A stretch of 64,000 nt of DNA, taken from IMG/VR virus record IMGVR_UViG_3300022602_000026. The stretch is one strand, 5' to 3'. The notes beneath the pieces were generated by a model. It was given only the letters and a program-made list of their open reading frames with translations, was not told where the DNA came from and did not search any database. Of the stretch, positions 26,607 to 35,816 are shown one piece after another. Every line of letters begins with the position of its first letter. Positions within the stretch are counted from its first letter, which is position 1. The position numbers were made by a program, and so were the translations under genes. This DNA is from a virus. Lineage: Duplodnaviria; Caudoviricetes.

Positions 26607-26611
26607 AATTT

Positions 26612-26687
26612 GCAACTTTAGCTGATGTGGTCATAGCGGTGGCGTGAAGAGCCATTGAACTAGGTTCGATTCCTAGAGGTTGCACCA
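26612..26687 (+). tRNA. tRNA-Phe(GAA)
   Basis: Loop GTGAAGA (unusual G32). Confidence 0.9.
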
Positions 26688-26691
26688 AATC

Positions 26692-26769
26692 GCCCCCGTG
26701 GACAAATTGGCAAAGTCATTTCTCTCAAAAGGAAAAGTTTTCTCCGTTCGACTCGGAGCGGGGGTACCA
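26692..26769 (+). tRNA. tRNA-Leu(CAA), short variable region
   Basis: Loop CTCAAAA, 6-nt variable region. Confidence 0.85.
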
Positions 26770-26771
26770 AG

Positions 26772-26845
26772 GCTCTTGTAGTTAAGTGGCATAACACAGT
26801 CTTGGTAAGACTGAATAGAAAGTTCGATTCTTTCCTAGAGCACCA
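26772..26845 (+). tRNA. tRNA-Thr(GGT)
   Basis: Loop TTGGTAA. Confidence 0.9.
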
Positions 26846-26846
26846 G

Positions 26847-26875
26847 TTGACAAATAAATAGAATGATAGTATAAT
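26847..26875 (+). promoter_or_regulatory. Consensus sigma70 promoter with nested TAAATA
   Basis: TTGACA-17-TATAAT. Confidence 0.85.
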
Positions 26876-26885
26876 AGATACTAAT

Positions 26886-26959
26886 GCGGGATTAGTTTAA
26901 TGGTAAAACAGAACCTTGCCAAGGTTCGGACAGGAGTTCGATTCTCCTATCCCGCTCCA
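26886..26959 (+). tRNA. tRNA-Gly(GCC)
   Basis: Loop TTGCCAA. Confidence 0.95.
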
Positions 26960-26966
26960 AGAGTTC

Positions 26967-27040
26967 GCCTCGGTAGTTTAATGGTAGAACGGCATCCTTA
27001 CACGGTGCATACGGGAGTTCGATTCTCCAACGAGGTACCA
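26967..27040 (+). tRNA. tRNA-Val(TAC)
   Basis: Loop CTTACAC. Confidence 0.9.
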
Positions 27041-27048
27041 AGAAAGAT

Positions 27049-27122
27049 GGGTCATTAGTATAATGGTAGTACAAGAGTCTCCAAAACTTTTAGCGGTGGT
27101 TCGATTCCATCATGACTCGCCA
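27049..27122 (+). tRNA. tRNA-Trp(CCA)
   Basis: Loop CTCCAAA. Confidence 0.9.
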
Positions 27123-27128
27123 AACAAT

Positions 27129-27206
27129 GTAAGGGTGGCAGAGTGGCCCAATGCAACGGATTGCAAATCCGTAAAACCGTCGGTTCAAATCCGACCCCTT
27201 ACTCCA
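27129..27206 (+). tRNA. tRNA-Cys(GCA)
   Basis: Loop TTGCAAA, U73. Confidence 0.95.
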
Positions 27207-27213
27207 ACAATTT

Positions 27214-27945
27214 ATGCACAATAGATCATTTAGACCCGAACAAGAAAAAAAATTGCGGGAAAATATTGGTCCCAGCGGAGTTGTAGAAAACTTTTTAACC
27301 CATGATGAATTCGAGTTGTGTAGAAAACTACATGCCGAAAACATAGACAAAATAAAAATGGGATTTGTGTTTAGGCAAGCAGCATTTGATTGGGAGTCCG
27401 AATACGGGGCCATGTTTAAATGGATACAGCCCAAGATTGATGCAATAGTTCCTGCTGAATGGGAATTGGATTTTATTGCTTTGCAGGATACTCCGGATCC
27501 TTGGAGGATACATATTGATCTTGCCTGGAACGCAGACAAGTTGCCGTATAAGGTATTGCTAGTTCCAGTAGATGTACTACCTGAATCAGGACCAGTAGAT
27601 CCCGTCAATTGGCCTGCGGTTTACACAATAATTTTTAATCAAAGAAACTTTTTATCAAATTGCAAGCCGTTGCCTCCGGGGGCTAGTTGGATACGATCCA
27701 TTGATGATCCCAGTGTTGAAAATCTTGAAACAGGGTTTTGTATAACTAGAGAATTTTGGCAACAGTATCTAACACATGTCGACTATGAAGCTTTAGAAGG
27801 ATTAACAGTAGAAACTTTGCTTCCTTGGAAACCAAAGTCTGTATTGTATTGGGATACTTCGGTATTGCACATAGCAGACAATTTTGTCAAGAATAAAGTT
27901 AAAACAAAGAAGTCAGTGATATTTTTTATACGACATAAACTATGA
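27214..27945 (+). CDS. Putative 2OG-Fe(II) oxygenase-fold protein
   Basis: WRIHID (HxD) plus distal LHIAD. Confidence 0.5.
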   Translation: MHNRSFRPEQEKKLRENIGPSGVVENFLTHDEFELCRKLHAENIDKIKMGFVFRQAAFDWESEYGAMFKWIQPKIDAIVPAEWELDFIALQDTPDPWRIHIDLAWNADKLPYKVLLVPVDVLPESGPVDPVNWPAVYTIIFNQRNFLSNCKPLPPGASWIRSIDDPSVENLETGFCITREFWQQYLTHVDYEALEGLTVETLLPWKPKSVLYWDTSVLHIADNFVKNKVKTKKSVIFFIRHKL

Positions 27946-28135
27946 GCATAATTAAAGATGCGAGAAAACTGCAATAGCCGGCGGCCCAACTGCTAGGGAA
28001 CCATTTGTGTCCCGGAGGCCATGTACCCGTTGGCAACAACGCTGGCGTACCTGTTGGCTACAGGATGAACACACTCCGGGAAGGGGACGACGATGTTGAA
28101 CCCCTTTAAACGTACAGCAGTATCTTTAATTATGC
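27946..28135 (+). ncRNA. Stem-closed structured RNA abutting tRNA-Arg
   Basis: Perfect 14-bp closing IR gcataattaaagat/atctttaattatgc; tcccggag/ctccggga; cgttg-GCAA-caacg; cctgt/acagg; agggg/cccct. Confidence 0.7.
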
Positions 28136-28212
28136 GGGTCCGTAGCTCAGCAGGATAGAGTACTGGTCTTCGAAACCAGCTGTCGGCGGTTCGAACCCGT
28201 CCGGACTCACCA
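28136..28212 (+). tRNA. tRNA-Arg(TCG)
   Basis: Loop CTTCGAA. Confidence 0.95.
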
Positions 28213-28232
28213 ATTACCAGATAAGTAACTTA

Positions 28233-28988
28233 ATGTTATCAATCATTATTGCAACCTTTAACGCACCTGACTTATTGAAGTTGGCCATTGACTCGGTGTT
28301 GCGACAAACTAGTCCCAATTGGGAAATCGTTGTCAGTCCCGATGACGGGCAAGACTATTCTCGTCTCAGGGACTTGGATAAAAGAATTCAAGTGGTTGAA
28401 TCCAATGCCATTGCTACAGGACCTGGGGCCGCTAGGAATAGAGCATTGGAGTATGTGAGGGGCACCGCAGTGGCCAGTCTGGATGACGATGACGAGTTGT
28501 CAATGACCTACGTAGAGGATGCGTTGACGGCCTTGGCCTCAACCCCTGTTGTAGTGTTTCCCACTCGTTATTCCGACATTCGTGTTATTGCACAACACCT
28601 AGACAGTATCAACATAGAACAATTTAGCCAACTGCTTGGCAGTTTGCATGTGGTAGCACGTAGAGAATGTTTTCCGCCTTGGCCCAATTGTTTTGCTGAA
28701 GATGTGATTCACACCTGCAAAGTAATTGAACAACAAGGCGGTAGTATTCCGGTCATTAACACCGCTGAATATATTTTAAATGTGCGTGATGCCAGTATGT
28801 GTGCAACTTATAAAAACATAGATGCCGAATACGCCGACATTATTTGCAACACTACTAGTACTGCAATGGCCAATCTATTTAGATACAGACAACACATTAA
28901 TCGTCTTTATCAAGGTAGCAGTTTAAATTATCATGCGTTTGTTGAACAGTTGACAACAAATGAAATAAACAGTATAATACATTTTTAG
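28233..28988 (+). CDS. Glycosyltransferase family 2
   Basis: MLSIIIATFN, GPGAARNRAL, LDDDD. Confidence 0.9.
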   Translation: MLSIIIATFNAPDLLKLAIDSVLRQTSPNWEIVVSPDDGQDYSRLRDLDKRIQVVESNAIATGPGAARNRALEYVRGTAVASLDDDDELSMTYVEDALTALASTPVVVFPTRYSDIRVIAQHLDSINIEQFSQLLGSLHVVARRECFPPWPNCFAEDVIHTCKVIEQQGGSIPVINTAEYILNVRDASMCATYKNIDAEYADIICNTTSTAMANLFRYRQHINRLYQGSSLNYHAFVEQLTTNEINSIIHF

Positions 28989-28994
28989 GAGGCA

Positions 28995-29585
28995 ATGATG
29001 CCAGCAACATTTTTGGTAAGTGACACACATTTTGGACATAGCGGTGTATGTCGTTTTACTCGTAATGACGGCATAACAAAATTGCGTCCATGGGACAATG
29101 CAGATGAGATGGATGAAGCTATGGTCCGGGCTTGGAACGAACGTGTCCGTCCCACAGACAAAGTTTACCATCTTGGGGATGTTGTGATTAATCGTAAAGC
29201 ACTCGCGATCATGCACAGACTTAACGGCGACAAGGTTTTGATTCGTGGTAATCACGATATCTTTAAAGACACCGACTACCGTGAACACTTTAGAGAACTT
29301 AGAGCCTATCACGTTATGAACGGCATGATCCTTAGTCACATACCGCTCCATCCTGAAAGTTTGGGCCGCTTTGGTACGAACATACACGGACATTTGCATG
29401 CCAATCGTGTTATGATAACAAAGCATAAAGGTGCTGCTCCTGAAGTTGATGTACGCTACCATTGTGTATGTGTGGAACAAACTCCGGACTTTGCACCTAT
29501 CTTGTTTGAAGACGTTAAAAAGCGTATCATAGAAGAAGGTGGCAGCATTGACTTTAAAAATAACGGCAATGGCCCTGCGATGTAA
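28995..29585 (+). CDS. Calcineurin-like metallophosphoesterase
   Basis: SDTHFGH, HLGDV, RGNHD, HGHLH. Confidence 0.92.
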   Translation: MMPATFLVSDTHFGHSGVCRFTRNDGITKLRPWDNADEMDEAMVRAWNERVRPTDKVYHLGDVVINRKALAIMHRLNGDKVLIRGNHDIFKDTDYREHFRELRAYHVMNGMILSHIPLHPESLGRFGTNIHGHLHANRVMITKHKGAAPEVDVRYHCVCVEQTPDFAPILFEDVKKRIIEEGGSIDFKNNGNGPAM

Positions 29586-29595
29586 ATAGTATAGT

Positions 29596-29679
29596 GCCCC
29601 GGTGGTGTAATGGTAGCCACGCTAGTCTTAGGAACTAGTGCCGCAATGCGTGTCGGTTCGAGTCCGACCTGGGGCACCA
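29596..29679 (+). tRNA. tRNA-Leu(TAG)
   Basis: Loop CTTAGGA, long variable arm. Confidence 0.95.
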
Positions 29680-29689
29680 AATAAAATAA

Positions 29690-31555
29690 ATGAAAAATAT
29701 ATACTTAATACAACCCAATGAGATGCAGGAGTTCCAAGGTAAAAAAATATTTTGGTTGCCCTACACCTCGGGGGTGTTGTGGGCCTATGCACTACAGTTT
29801 CCCGAAGTAAGCAATAATTATTGTTTACAGGATTTGATGTTCCATAGAGAAAAAATCAGTTCGGTGGTTGATCGCGTATTGCCCAATTCTATTTTTGCAT
29901 TCAGTTGTTATATATGGAATTGGGAATACAATAAAAAATTAGCACAAGCAATCAAAGAACGATATCCCGACTCGTATATTGTTTTCGGTGGGCCGCAGGT
30001 GAGTGACCGTCCATTGGAAACTGACTTTTTTAAAAAACACAAATACGTTGATACTATTGTACTAGGCGAAGGTGAAGAATCATTTACACGACTATTGATA
30101 GACTATGTTGATGGTAAAAAAACAAAGATATACAATAGTAAACGTTTAGAAAATGTCAACACTCCCAGTCCATACCAAGTTGGTGTATTTGATAAAATAA
30201 TTGCCGACAATCCCGAGTTCCACTGGAATGGAGTACTAGAAACAAATAGAGGATGTCCGTTTGCTTGTACCTTCTGTGACTGGGGAGGACTAACATACAG
30301 CAAAGTTAAACAACTGCCTATTGATCGTGTTGATCACGATATTGAATGGTTTGGTATAAATCAAATCGAATACATAGCTGTAGCCGATGCAAACTTTGGA
30401 ATTTTCAAAGATCGAGATTTAAAGATTGCTAAAAAGATCACAGACGTTAGATTAAAGTATGGATATCCGGCAAATTTAAATATCAACTTTAATAAAAATC
30501 AAACCTCGGACATAGTAAACATAGTAAAGGTACTTGCCGAAAGCGGACTTAACCGCGGATTAACTATTAGTTTTCAAAGTCTTGATGACGATGTACTAGA
30601 AGCTATCAAGCGCAAGAACATGGCCATTAGCAAAAGCGAAGAAATATTTCGACTGCTCGAAGAGTCCAATCTAACTCACTATTCGGAAGTTATTTGTCCT
30701 TTGCCTTTAGAAACATACGATACTTGGCGAGCCGGTTTAATCAAATTAATAACTGCCGGACAACATCAATGTATTGATGCTTTCTTTACTGCTGTATTAG
30801 AAAACAGTGAAATGAATCAACCCGAATATAGACGCAAATACGATATTAAGTCTATAGAACGAGAATACATATTCTTCTTTCACTTTGGCGCCGAAGACGT
30901 ATTAACCGAAGAAGCCACAGAAAAAATAAACTTAATTGTCTCGACCAGTACAATGAGTCTTGATGATCATATACGCAGTTGGATGTATACTTGGCTTATT
31001 ACAAATTTCCACATATATGGTTGGACACAGATCTATGCTAGATTTTTAAATGCACACAACATCAAGTATGATGTGTTCTACGATTGTCTCTTAGATGAAA
31101 TTGCAAATCAACGCATGGGATTTTTAAGCGAACAATATCTAGAAGTAAAACGCATGATAACATTGTTACTAACCGAAGGTAGTAACTTAAAGGATGTGGG
31201 ACTCAGTCCTGATGTAATTAGATTTAGTCAACGATATTTCCATCGTAATCGAAAATTGGTTGAGCAGTTGTTGGCCGACTATGTCAAAACTCAATTTGAT
31301 CCAGAGAACTTTGTTAATCTACATCGGTACCAAATCAATTTTGTATCTCACATGGATCAAGGCGAATCAAGACACGAGGTACTGGACCTGGGAATAAAGG
31401 ACACAATAACAAAAGGTGTGCCCTACCAAGAAAACCTAAAGGAATGCACAGTAGCACCAGTGGGAACTTATTCCAGCCAAGAAGAATTTTTAGCTAAAAC
31501 AATCATGCATAGAAGAAATGGTTTTGGCAAAAATCTAATACTTGACAAAGAATAA
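29690..31555 (+). CDS. Cobalamin-binding radical SAM protein
   Basis: FSCYIWN, VFGGPQ, GEGEE, ETNRGCPFACTFCDWG. Confidence 0.92.
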   Translation: MKNIYLIQPNEMQEFQGKKIFWLPYTSGVLWAYALQFPEVSNNYCLQDLMFHREKISSVVDRVLPNSIFAFSCYIWNWEYNKKLAQAIKERYPDSYIVFGGPQVSDRPLETDFFKKHKYVDTIVLGEGEESFTRLLIDYVDGKKTKIYNSKRLENVNTPSPYQVGVFDKIIADNPEFHWNGVLETNRGCPFACTFCDWGGLTYSKVKQLPIDRVDHDIEWFGINQIEYIAVADANFGIFKDRDLKIAKKITDVRLKYGYPANLNINFNKNQTSDIVNIVKVLAESGLNRGLTISFQSLDDDVLEAIKRKNMAISKSEEIFRLLEESNLTHYSEVICPLPLETYDTWRAGLIKLITAGQHQCIDAFFTAVLENSEMNQPEYRRKYDIKSIEREYIFFFHFGAEDVLTEEATEKINLIVSTSTMSLDDHIRSWMYTWLITNFHIYGWTQIYARFLNAHNIKYDVFYDCLLDEIANQRMGFLSEQYLEVKRMITLLLTEGSNLKDVGLSPDVIRFSQRYFHRNRKLVEQLLADYVKTQFDPENFVNLHRYQINFVSHMDQGESRHEVLDLGIKDTITKGVPYQENLKECTVAPVGTYSSQEEFLAKTIMHRRNGFGKNLILDKE

Positions 31556-31570
31556 CAAAGAGTATATAAT
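31542..31570 (+). promoter_or_regulatory. Consensus sigma70 promoter
   Basis: TTGACA-17-TATAAT. Confidence 0.85.
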
Positions 31571-31576
31571 AGCTAT

Positions 31577-31651
31577 TGCAGGGTGGAGAAGTGGCAACTC
31601 ACCGGGCTCATAACCCGGAGATCACAGGTTCGAATCCTGTCCCTGCTACCA
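31577..31651 (+). tRNA. Initiator tRNA-fMet(CAT)
   Basis: 1:72 mismatch, GGG/CCC anticodon stem, loop CTCATAA. Confidence 0.92.
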
Positions 31652-31662
31652 AATATAAAATT

Positions 31663-32718
31663 ATGAAACATAGAGTAGAACGTGGTATAGGAGTTTACAT
31701 TACACATACCTGTAATTTAAACTGCACTGACTGCAATACGTTTAATAATTTTTCTTTTTCAGGACATCAACGTTGGAGTGATTACCAAGCTCTATATACC
31801 GAATGGTCCAAGCGAATAGACACTTATACATTTTTTATAATTGGCGGCGAGCCAATGACCAATCCTGATTTTTTATCTTGGGTACATGGTATTGCTGGAC
31901 TATGGCCCGACTCTGAAATAAAAATAACAACCAACGGCACACAATTTAAACGTTGGCCCACACTGTATCAGGAATTGTTGCCGTATCGTGGACGAGTTAG
32001 ATTGTTTATCAGTGTACACAACGAAGACTCGATACAACACTATGTTGATATAGCACGAGAATTTTTACAAGGCGACATATCCGAATACACCGATCGTGCA
32101 TTTGACGAGTTTCATTGGCAACGCAGTTACAATCGCATTAGAGGCAGTGATTGGCCCGATTGTAACAGTATAGAAGAATACCAAAATCTTCCCGAGCACA
32201 TCAAACAAGAATGTGAACAAGTACATAACATAAAGATACAGGATTTTGTAGAACAAGCCGAAATTACTCCAGGCAGTCGAATTTTCATTGACTCTAATCA
32301 TGTTAGGCTATCGTTTTCGTTAAACGACAAGTTTGCCAGTTCGTCCGTTAGACTTGACAACAATCAATTATCGTTATACAATAGTGATCCCAACAAAGCA
32401 ATTTCGGCATGTTATTTAAAAGCCTGTCATCGTTTTTATAAAGGAAAATTATACAAGTGTCCGGTAGTACCAGTATTGCCGGACTTTGCGGAACAGTTTT
32501 CTTTACCGCTCAGTGACAGTGATCAAAAACTAATTAACTCTTACCGTGCCGGAGAAGCCGATTGGGACGACGTTCAATTAGCAGAATTGATCGATAACTT
32601 TGAAAAAGAAACAGTAATTGACCAATGCAAATTTTGTCCCGAACAGTTGAAAACAGTTACAATAAAATCGTCGGCTAAAAAGATCAAGATTCACAATACA
32701 ACACCAAGGAGACTTTAA
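31663..32718 (+). CDS. Radical SAM protein with inserted WPDC module
   Basis: HTCNLNCTDC, IGGEP, TTNG, GKLYKCP; start reset past the tRNA. Confidence 0.9.
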   Translation: MKHRVERGIGVYITHTCNLNCTDCNTFNNFSFSGHQRWSDYQALYTEWSKRIDTYTFFIIGGEPMTNPDFLSWVHGIAGLWPDSEIKITTNGTQFKRWPTLYQELLPYRGRVRLFISVHNEDSIQHYVDIAREFLQGDISEYTDRAFDEFHWQRSYNRIRGSDWPDCNSIEEYQNLPEHIKQECEQVHNIKIQDFVEQAEITPGSRIFIDSNHVRLSFSLNDKFASSSVRLDNNQLSLYNSDPNKAISACYLKACHRFYKGKLYKCPVVPVLPDFAEQFSLPLSDSDQKLINSYRAGEADWDDVQLAELIDNFEKETVIDQCKFCPEQLKTVTIKSSAKKIKIHNTTPRRL

Positions 32719-32942
32719 TGTCATATACAAGTAGAGGCACTTTTATCGATACCGAAAAATGTGTAGAAGCCGTAGGCGGAAACAGATTTAATTTAATCGT
32801 AATTGCCAGTATGCGAGCACGAGAAATTGCACAACAAAATCGTCACAGTCATCACCACGCACATTGGCATACTCCGGTTACTGCACTACTTGAAGTACAA
32901 AATGGTGAGTTAAATTACACCGACTTAAAACGTCTTAGATAA
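32718..32942 (+). CDS. rpoZ: RNA polymerase omega subunit homolog
   Basis: GNRFNLIVIASMRAREI...PVTALLEVQNG matches RpoZ pattern. Confidence 0.8.
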   Translation: MSYTSRGTFIDTEKCVEAVGGNRFNLIVIASMRAREIAQQNRHSHHHAHWHTPVTALLEVQNGELNYTDLKRLR

Positions 32943-32952
32943 GTAAAAATAT

Positions 32953-33026
32953 GCGAGGTTCGTATAGTGGTAATACCTTAGCCTTCCAAGCTAATGCTGA
33001 GAGTTCGATTCTCTTACCTCGCTCCA
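32953..33026 (+). tRNA. tRNA-Gly(TCC)
   Basis: Loop CTTCCAA. Confidence 0.95.
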
Positions 33027-33046
33027 CAATTTAATAAAGGAAACAC

Positions 33047-33316
33047 ATGAGAGTTAAAGCAAGCCATATTTTGGTTCCAACATTGAACGAAGCAGTTACA
33101 CTAAAAGCAAAAATTGATGCTGGTGAAAGTTTTGCAGATCTAGCACGAGTACATAGTAAATGTCCAAGCGGACCACTTGGTGGAGACTTGGGCGAGTTTG
33201 GTCCCGGACAAATGGTACCAGCATTCGAACAAGCCACACATAATACACCAGTGGGTCAAGTAAGCCAGCCGGTGCAAACACAATTTGGATATCATTTAAT
33301 TCACAGGATCGCGTGA
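33047..33316 (+). CDS. ppiC: Parvulin peptidyl-prolyl isomerase
   Basis: ASHILV, FADLA, SKCPS, GGDLG, TQFGYHLI. Confidence 0.92.
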   Translation: MRVKASHILVPTLNEAVTLKAKIDAGESFADLARVHSKCPSGPLGGDLGEFGPGQMVPAFEQATHNTPVGQVSQPVQTQFGYHLIHRIA

Positions 33317-33480
33317 TGACCGATGTCAAGAAACCAAATTCTCTAGTAGAAGTATTAAAAAACGCACAAAAGAATCCCAAAGTACCAGCAAGTACCAGCG
33401 CCAAAGTTCAACAGGCCAAATTCAAAAATCAAGTAGCCAGTAACAGGCCCACCAAAAAAGCCGCTGGACGTGGTGGATAA
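33316..33480 (+). CDS. 54-aa basic hypothetical protein
   Basis: TGATG-coupled to ppiC. Confidence 0.55.
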   Translation: MTDVKKPNSLVEVLKNAQKNPKVPASTSAKVQQAKFKNQVASNRPTKKAAGRGG

Positions 33481-33549
33481 TTCCAAAACACTTGATTTAT
33501 CAGTATAAATACTATACAATACAAATACTTTTATAAAAGGAGATTCTCA

Positions 33550-34098
33550 ATGAAAAAAGTACTAGCATCTGCAATCTTAGCAGTTTCAGCAGCCGTTGCA
33601 TTTGGCGCAGACTATGCAACCGTAGAAGTCGACCACGTGCGTGACACAGTTACCAAGCAATCATACGCAGCAGAATATGTGCGTTTTGGTGCAGAAGTAG
33701 CCGGCTTGCAACTTGGTTTACAAGACCGTACCGGCGACTATCGTGATGGCACTGGCTTGTTCCATAGTACAGAAGCCACAGCAGGTAAAACAGTATTTGG
33801 TATTACACCTTATGTTGGTTTAGGTTTTGATGACGGCAAAAATGGCGGAGCAGGCAATGCTTACCAATATGGTTTAGTTGGTATCAACGCTGGCTTGAAG
33901 GCAGGACCAGGTTATGCGTTCGGTGGAGTTAAGACTCGTGCCAACGAAGCTCATAGCACAAATCCCAAGCAAACAGTGGCCTATGGTACATATTCAATTC
34001 CAGTTGTTCAGAAAGTTAGTTTTGATTTAAATCTAAGCAAAAGCTATCAAGACATTCATGAAAATTCATATGGCTTAGGACTAACTGTAAACTTCTAA
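33550..34098 (+). CDS. Small outer-membrane beta-barrel protein
   Basis: Signal peptide MKKVLASAILAVSAAVAFG, amphipathic strands, C-terminal Phe; promoter TTGATT-17-TACAAT at 33492. Confidence 0.75.
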   Translation: MKKVLASAILAVSAAVAFGADYATVEVDHVRDTVTKQSYAAEYVRFGAEVAGLQLGLQDRTGDYRDGTGLFHSTEATAGKTVFGITPYVGLGFDDGKNGGAGNAYQYGLVGINAGLKAGPGYAFGGVKTRANEAHSTNPKQTVAYGTYSIPVVQKVSFDLNLSKSYQDIHENSYGLGLTVNF

Positions 34099-34119
34099 TC
34101 CGATTAGGATAAAACAATT

Positions 34120-34141
34120 GCCCACTTAGGTGGGCTTTTTC
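34120..34141 (+). terminator. Intrinsic terminator
   Basis: gcccac-ttag-gtgggc plus T run. Confidence 0.8.
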
Positions 34142-34198
34142 TTGACTTATCGTTCTTGATGTGTTATACTAATACTTTACAACCCTTAAAGGAACATT

Positions 34199-34360
34199 AT
34201 GTTTGAAAGTTTAGAAATCCGCAGAGCCGCAAATGGTTTTATACTTGTAGTCAACACCGAAGACGAAGCACGGGAATATGTATATGATACCGAGCGTAAA
34301 CTCATGCGAGTAATTAAAAGTCACTTGGGTGAAAAGATAACTACCGAAGACCAAGACTAA
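34199..34360 (+). CDS. 53-aa hypothetical protein
   Basis: TTGACT-17-TATACT promoter, AAGGA RBS; MFESLEIRRAANGFILVV. Confidence 0.7.
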   Translation: MFESLEIRRAANGFILVVNTEDEAREYVYDTERKLMRVIKSHLGEKITTEDQD

Positions 34361-34373
34361 TAAATATTCTACA

Positions 34374-35816
34374 ATGACAAATATTATCTCCCGACATATC
34401 ATAAATCCAAAAATTACGTTTCAAGACACGAGACACGATGAAGTTTTTGGATACGATGATTTTGGGCACATGATTGACATTTGGAAAGCATTTCTTGTAG
34501 AAAAATACGATGTTAGACCCGGGCAAACAATATTCATCAATGCCGGACCAACCTTGCATTTTTACTTTTCGCTGGCTTTTGCAGCGGCTGAATTGGGCCT
34601 GGTTCTAATAGTCGAATGGGTCAACTGTTACACCGACGACGATATTGATAACACGAGATCGACAATTTATGGCACAGTTGATTATGTTGTGATTGACTCA
34701 AATCAAATCAACGAATGGACCTTAAAGCGAAATCTAAAGCACAGTACACATGCTATATATCTAGAAGAGTTTAAAGCCTACACAGTGAGCAGTCCGGAAA
34801 AATACGAATACGCTAGGAATTTGTTTCGTTGCGCTCCCGAAATTGATTTTGCAATTGTTACCAGTAGCGGAACTACCAGTGCTCCAAAACCAATTCGAGT
34901 GAGTCATGAAAAGATGTTTAAAATGTCGGCTCGAACAGCTCGTGTGCTTGGATTTGAACCCTGGGAAAAAATAATGCATCGTGTCAGCTTTCAGCATGGC
35001 AGTACCATGAGCCTGCATTTTCTTCCAAGCATAATGGTATGTGACCAACACCACATAAACAACGACGCTCCGGCCACAGGTGCATTTGCAAAATATGCAC
35101 AAAGCATCCAAGCCAATCGAGTATTTTTACACACACATGATCACTTGTACGATTTTTTGACAGCGATTGATCCTGTGGATTTTCCTTTGCAGATTCTTTC
35201 ACTGAATCATCTCACAACCGATATTGTCAAGTTGGCGCAACAAAAGAATATAGCACGATTGATAACCAGTTTTGGAGATACTACAATTGGCGATGCATTT
35301 TTCCTCAAGGAAGTGTTGCCTGACACTGCGATAGAATCCTACGAAGTATTGAATCAAGGTCCGGCCTTGGACGACTTTTATCAATTTCGAATTGAAGATG
35401 GCAAGTTGTACATAGCATCACGCGAGTTGAATCAGGACTGGAAGACCAGTAATGATCGATTTGAATTACGTGATGGCAACTACTATTTCCTAGGTCGTGC
35501 ACACGTTTTTAGAATTGGTGAGGAATGGGTCGAGTTCCGTACATTAGAATCAAAAGTCAACGAGCTATTTTTTAAAGATGCGACCTTGGTGTTTGATTTT
35601 GAAGAACAGGCCATTTACTTGGCAATATGGCGAGAAAATCCCGTTGCCGAAGCAACACTTGACCAATATCTCAAAGACAATTTTAAAAATATTAGGATTT
35701 CGTACACAATGAGAAATCAAAAATATCTACAGTTTTATACCGGCAGAAAAATTGACAGTTCCAAGATACGCGACACTTGCCGACGTCTGCTCGACGAACA
35801 AAAAGAAAAACAATGA
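34374..35816 (+). CDS. ANL-superfamily adenylate-forming enzyme (divergent)
   Basis: P-loop-like TSSGTTSAPK, FGDT, SNDRF, FLGR. Confidence 0.75.
   Translation: MTNIISRHIINPKITFQDTRHDEVFGYDDFGHMIDIWKAFLVEKYDVRPGQTIFINAGPTLHFYFSLAFAAAELGLVLIVEWVNCYTDDDIDNTRSTIYGTVDYVVIDSNQINEWTLKRNLKHSTHAIYLEEFKAYTVSSPEKYEYARNLFRCAPEIDFAIVTSSGTTSAPKPIRVSHEKMFKMSARTARVLGFEPWEKIMHRVSFQHGSTMSLHFLPSIMVCDQHHINNDAPATGAFAKYAQSIQANRVFLHTHDHLYDFLTAIDPVDFPLQILSLNHLTTDIVKLAQQKNIARLITSFGDTTIGDAFFLKEVLPDTAIESYEVLNQGPALDDFYQFRIEDGKLYIASRELNQDWKTSNDRFELRDGNYYFLGRAHVFRIGEEWVEFRTLESKVNELFFKDATLVFDFEEQAIYLAIWRENPVAEATLDQYLKDNFKNIRISYTMRNQKYLQFYTGRKIDSSKIRDTCRRLLDEQKEKQ

Noticed and set aside
19920-31662. ORF-track calls overlapping tRNAs or ncRNAs (e.g. 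20153, 21399, 21780, 22239, 23054-23329 as called, 24063, 25436, 26892, 27090, 29456; 5' extensions at 23417, 24202, 31576)
   Set aside because: Translations such as MVPRPGLEP and GFDS are typical tRNA shadows; starts were reset to downstream ATGs where a real gene follows
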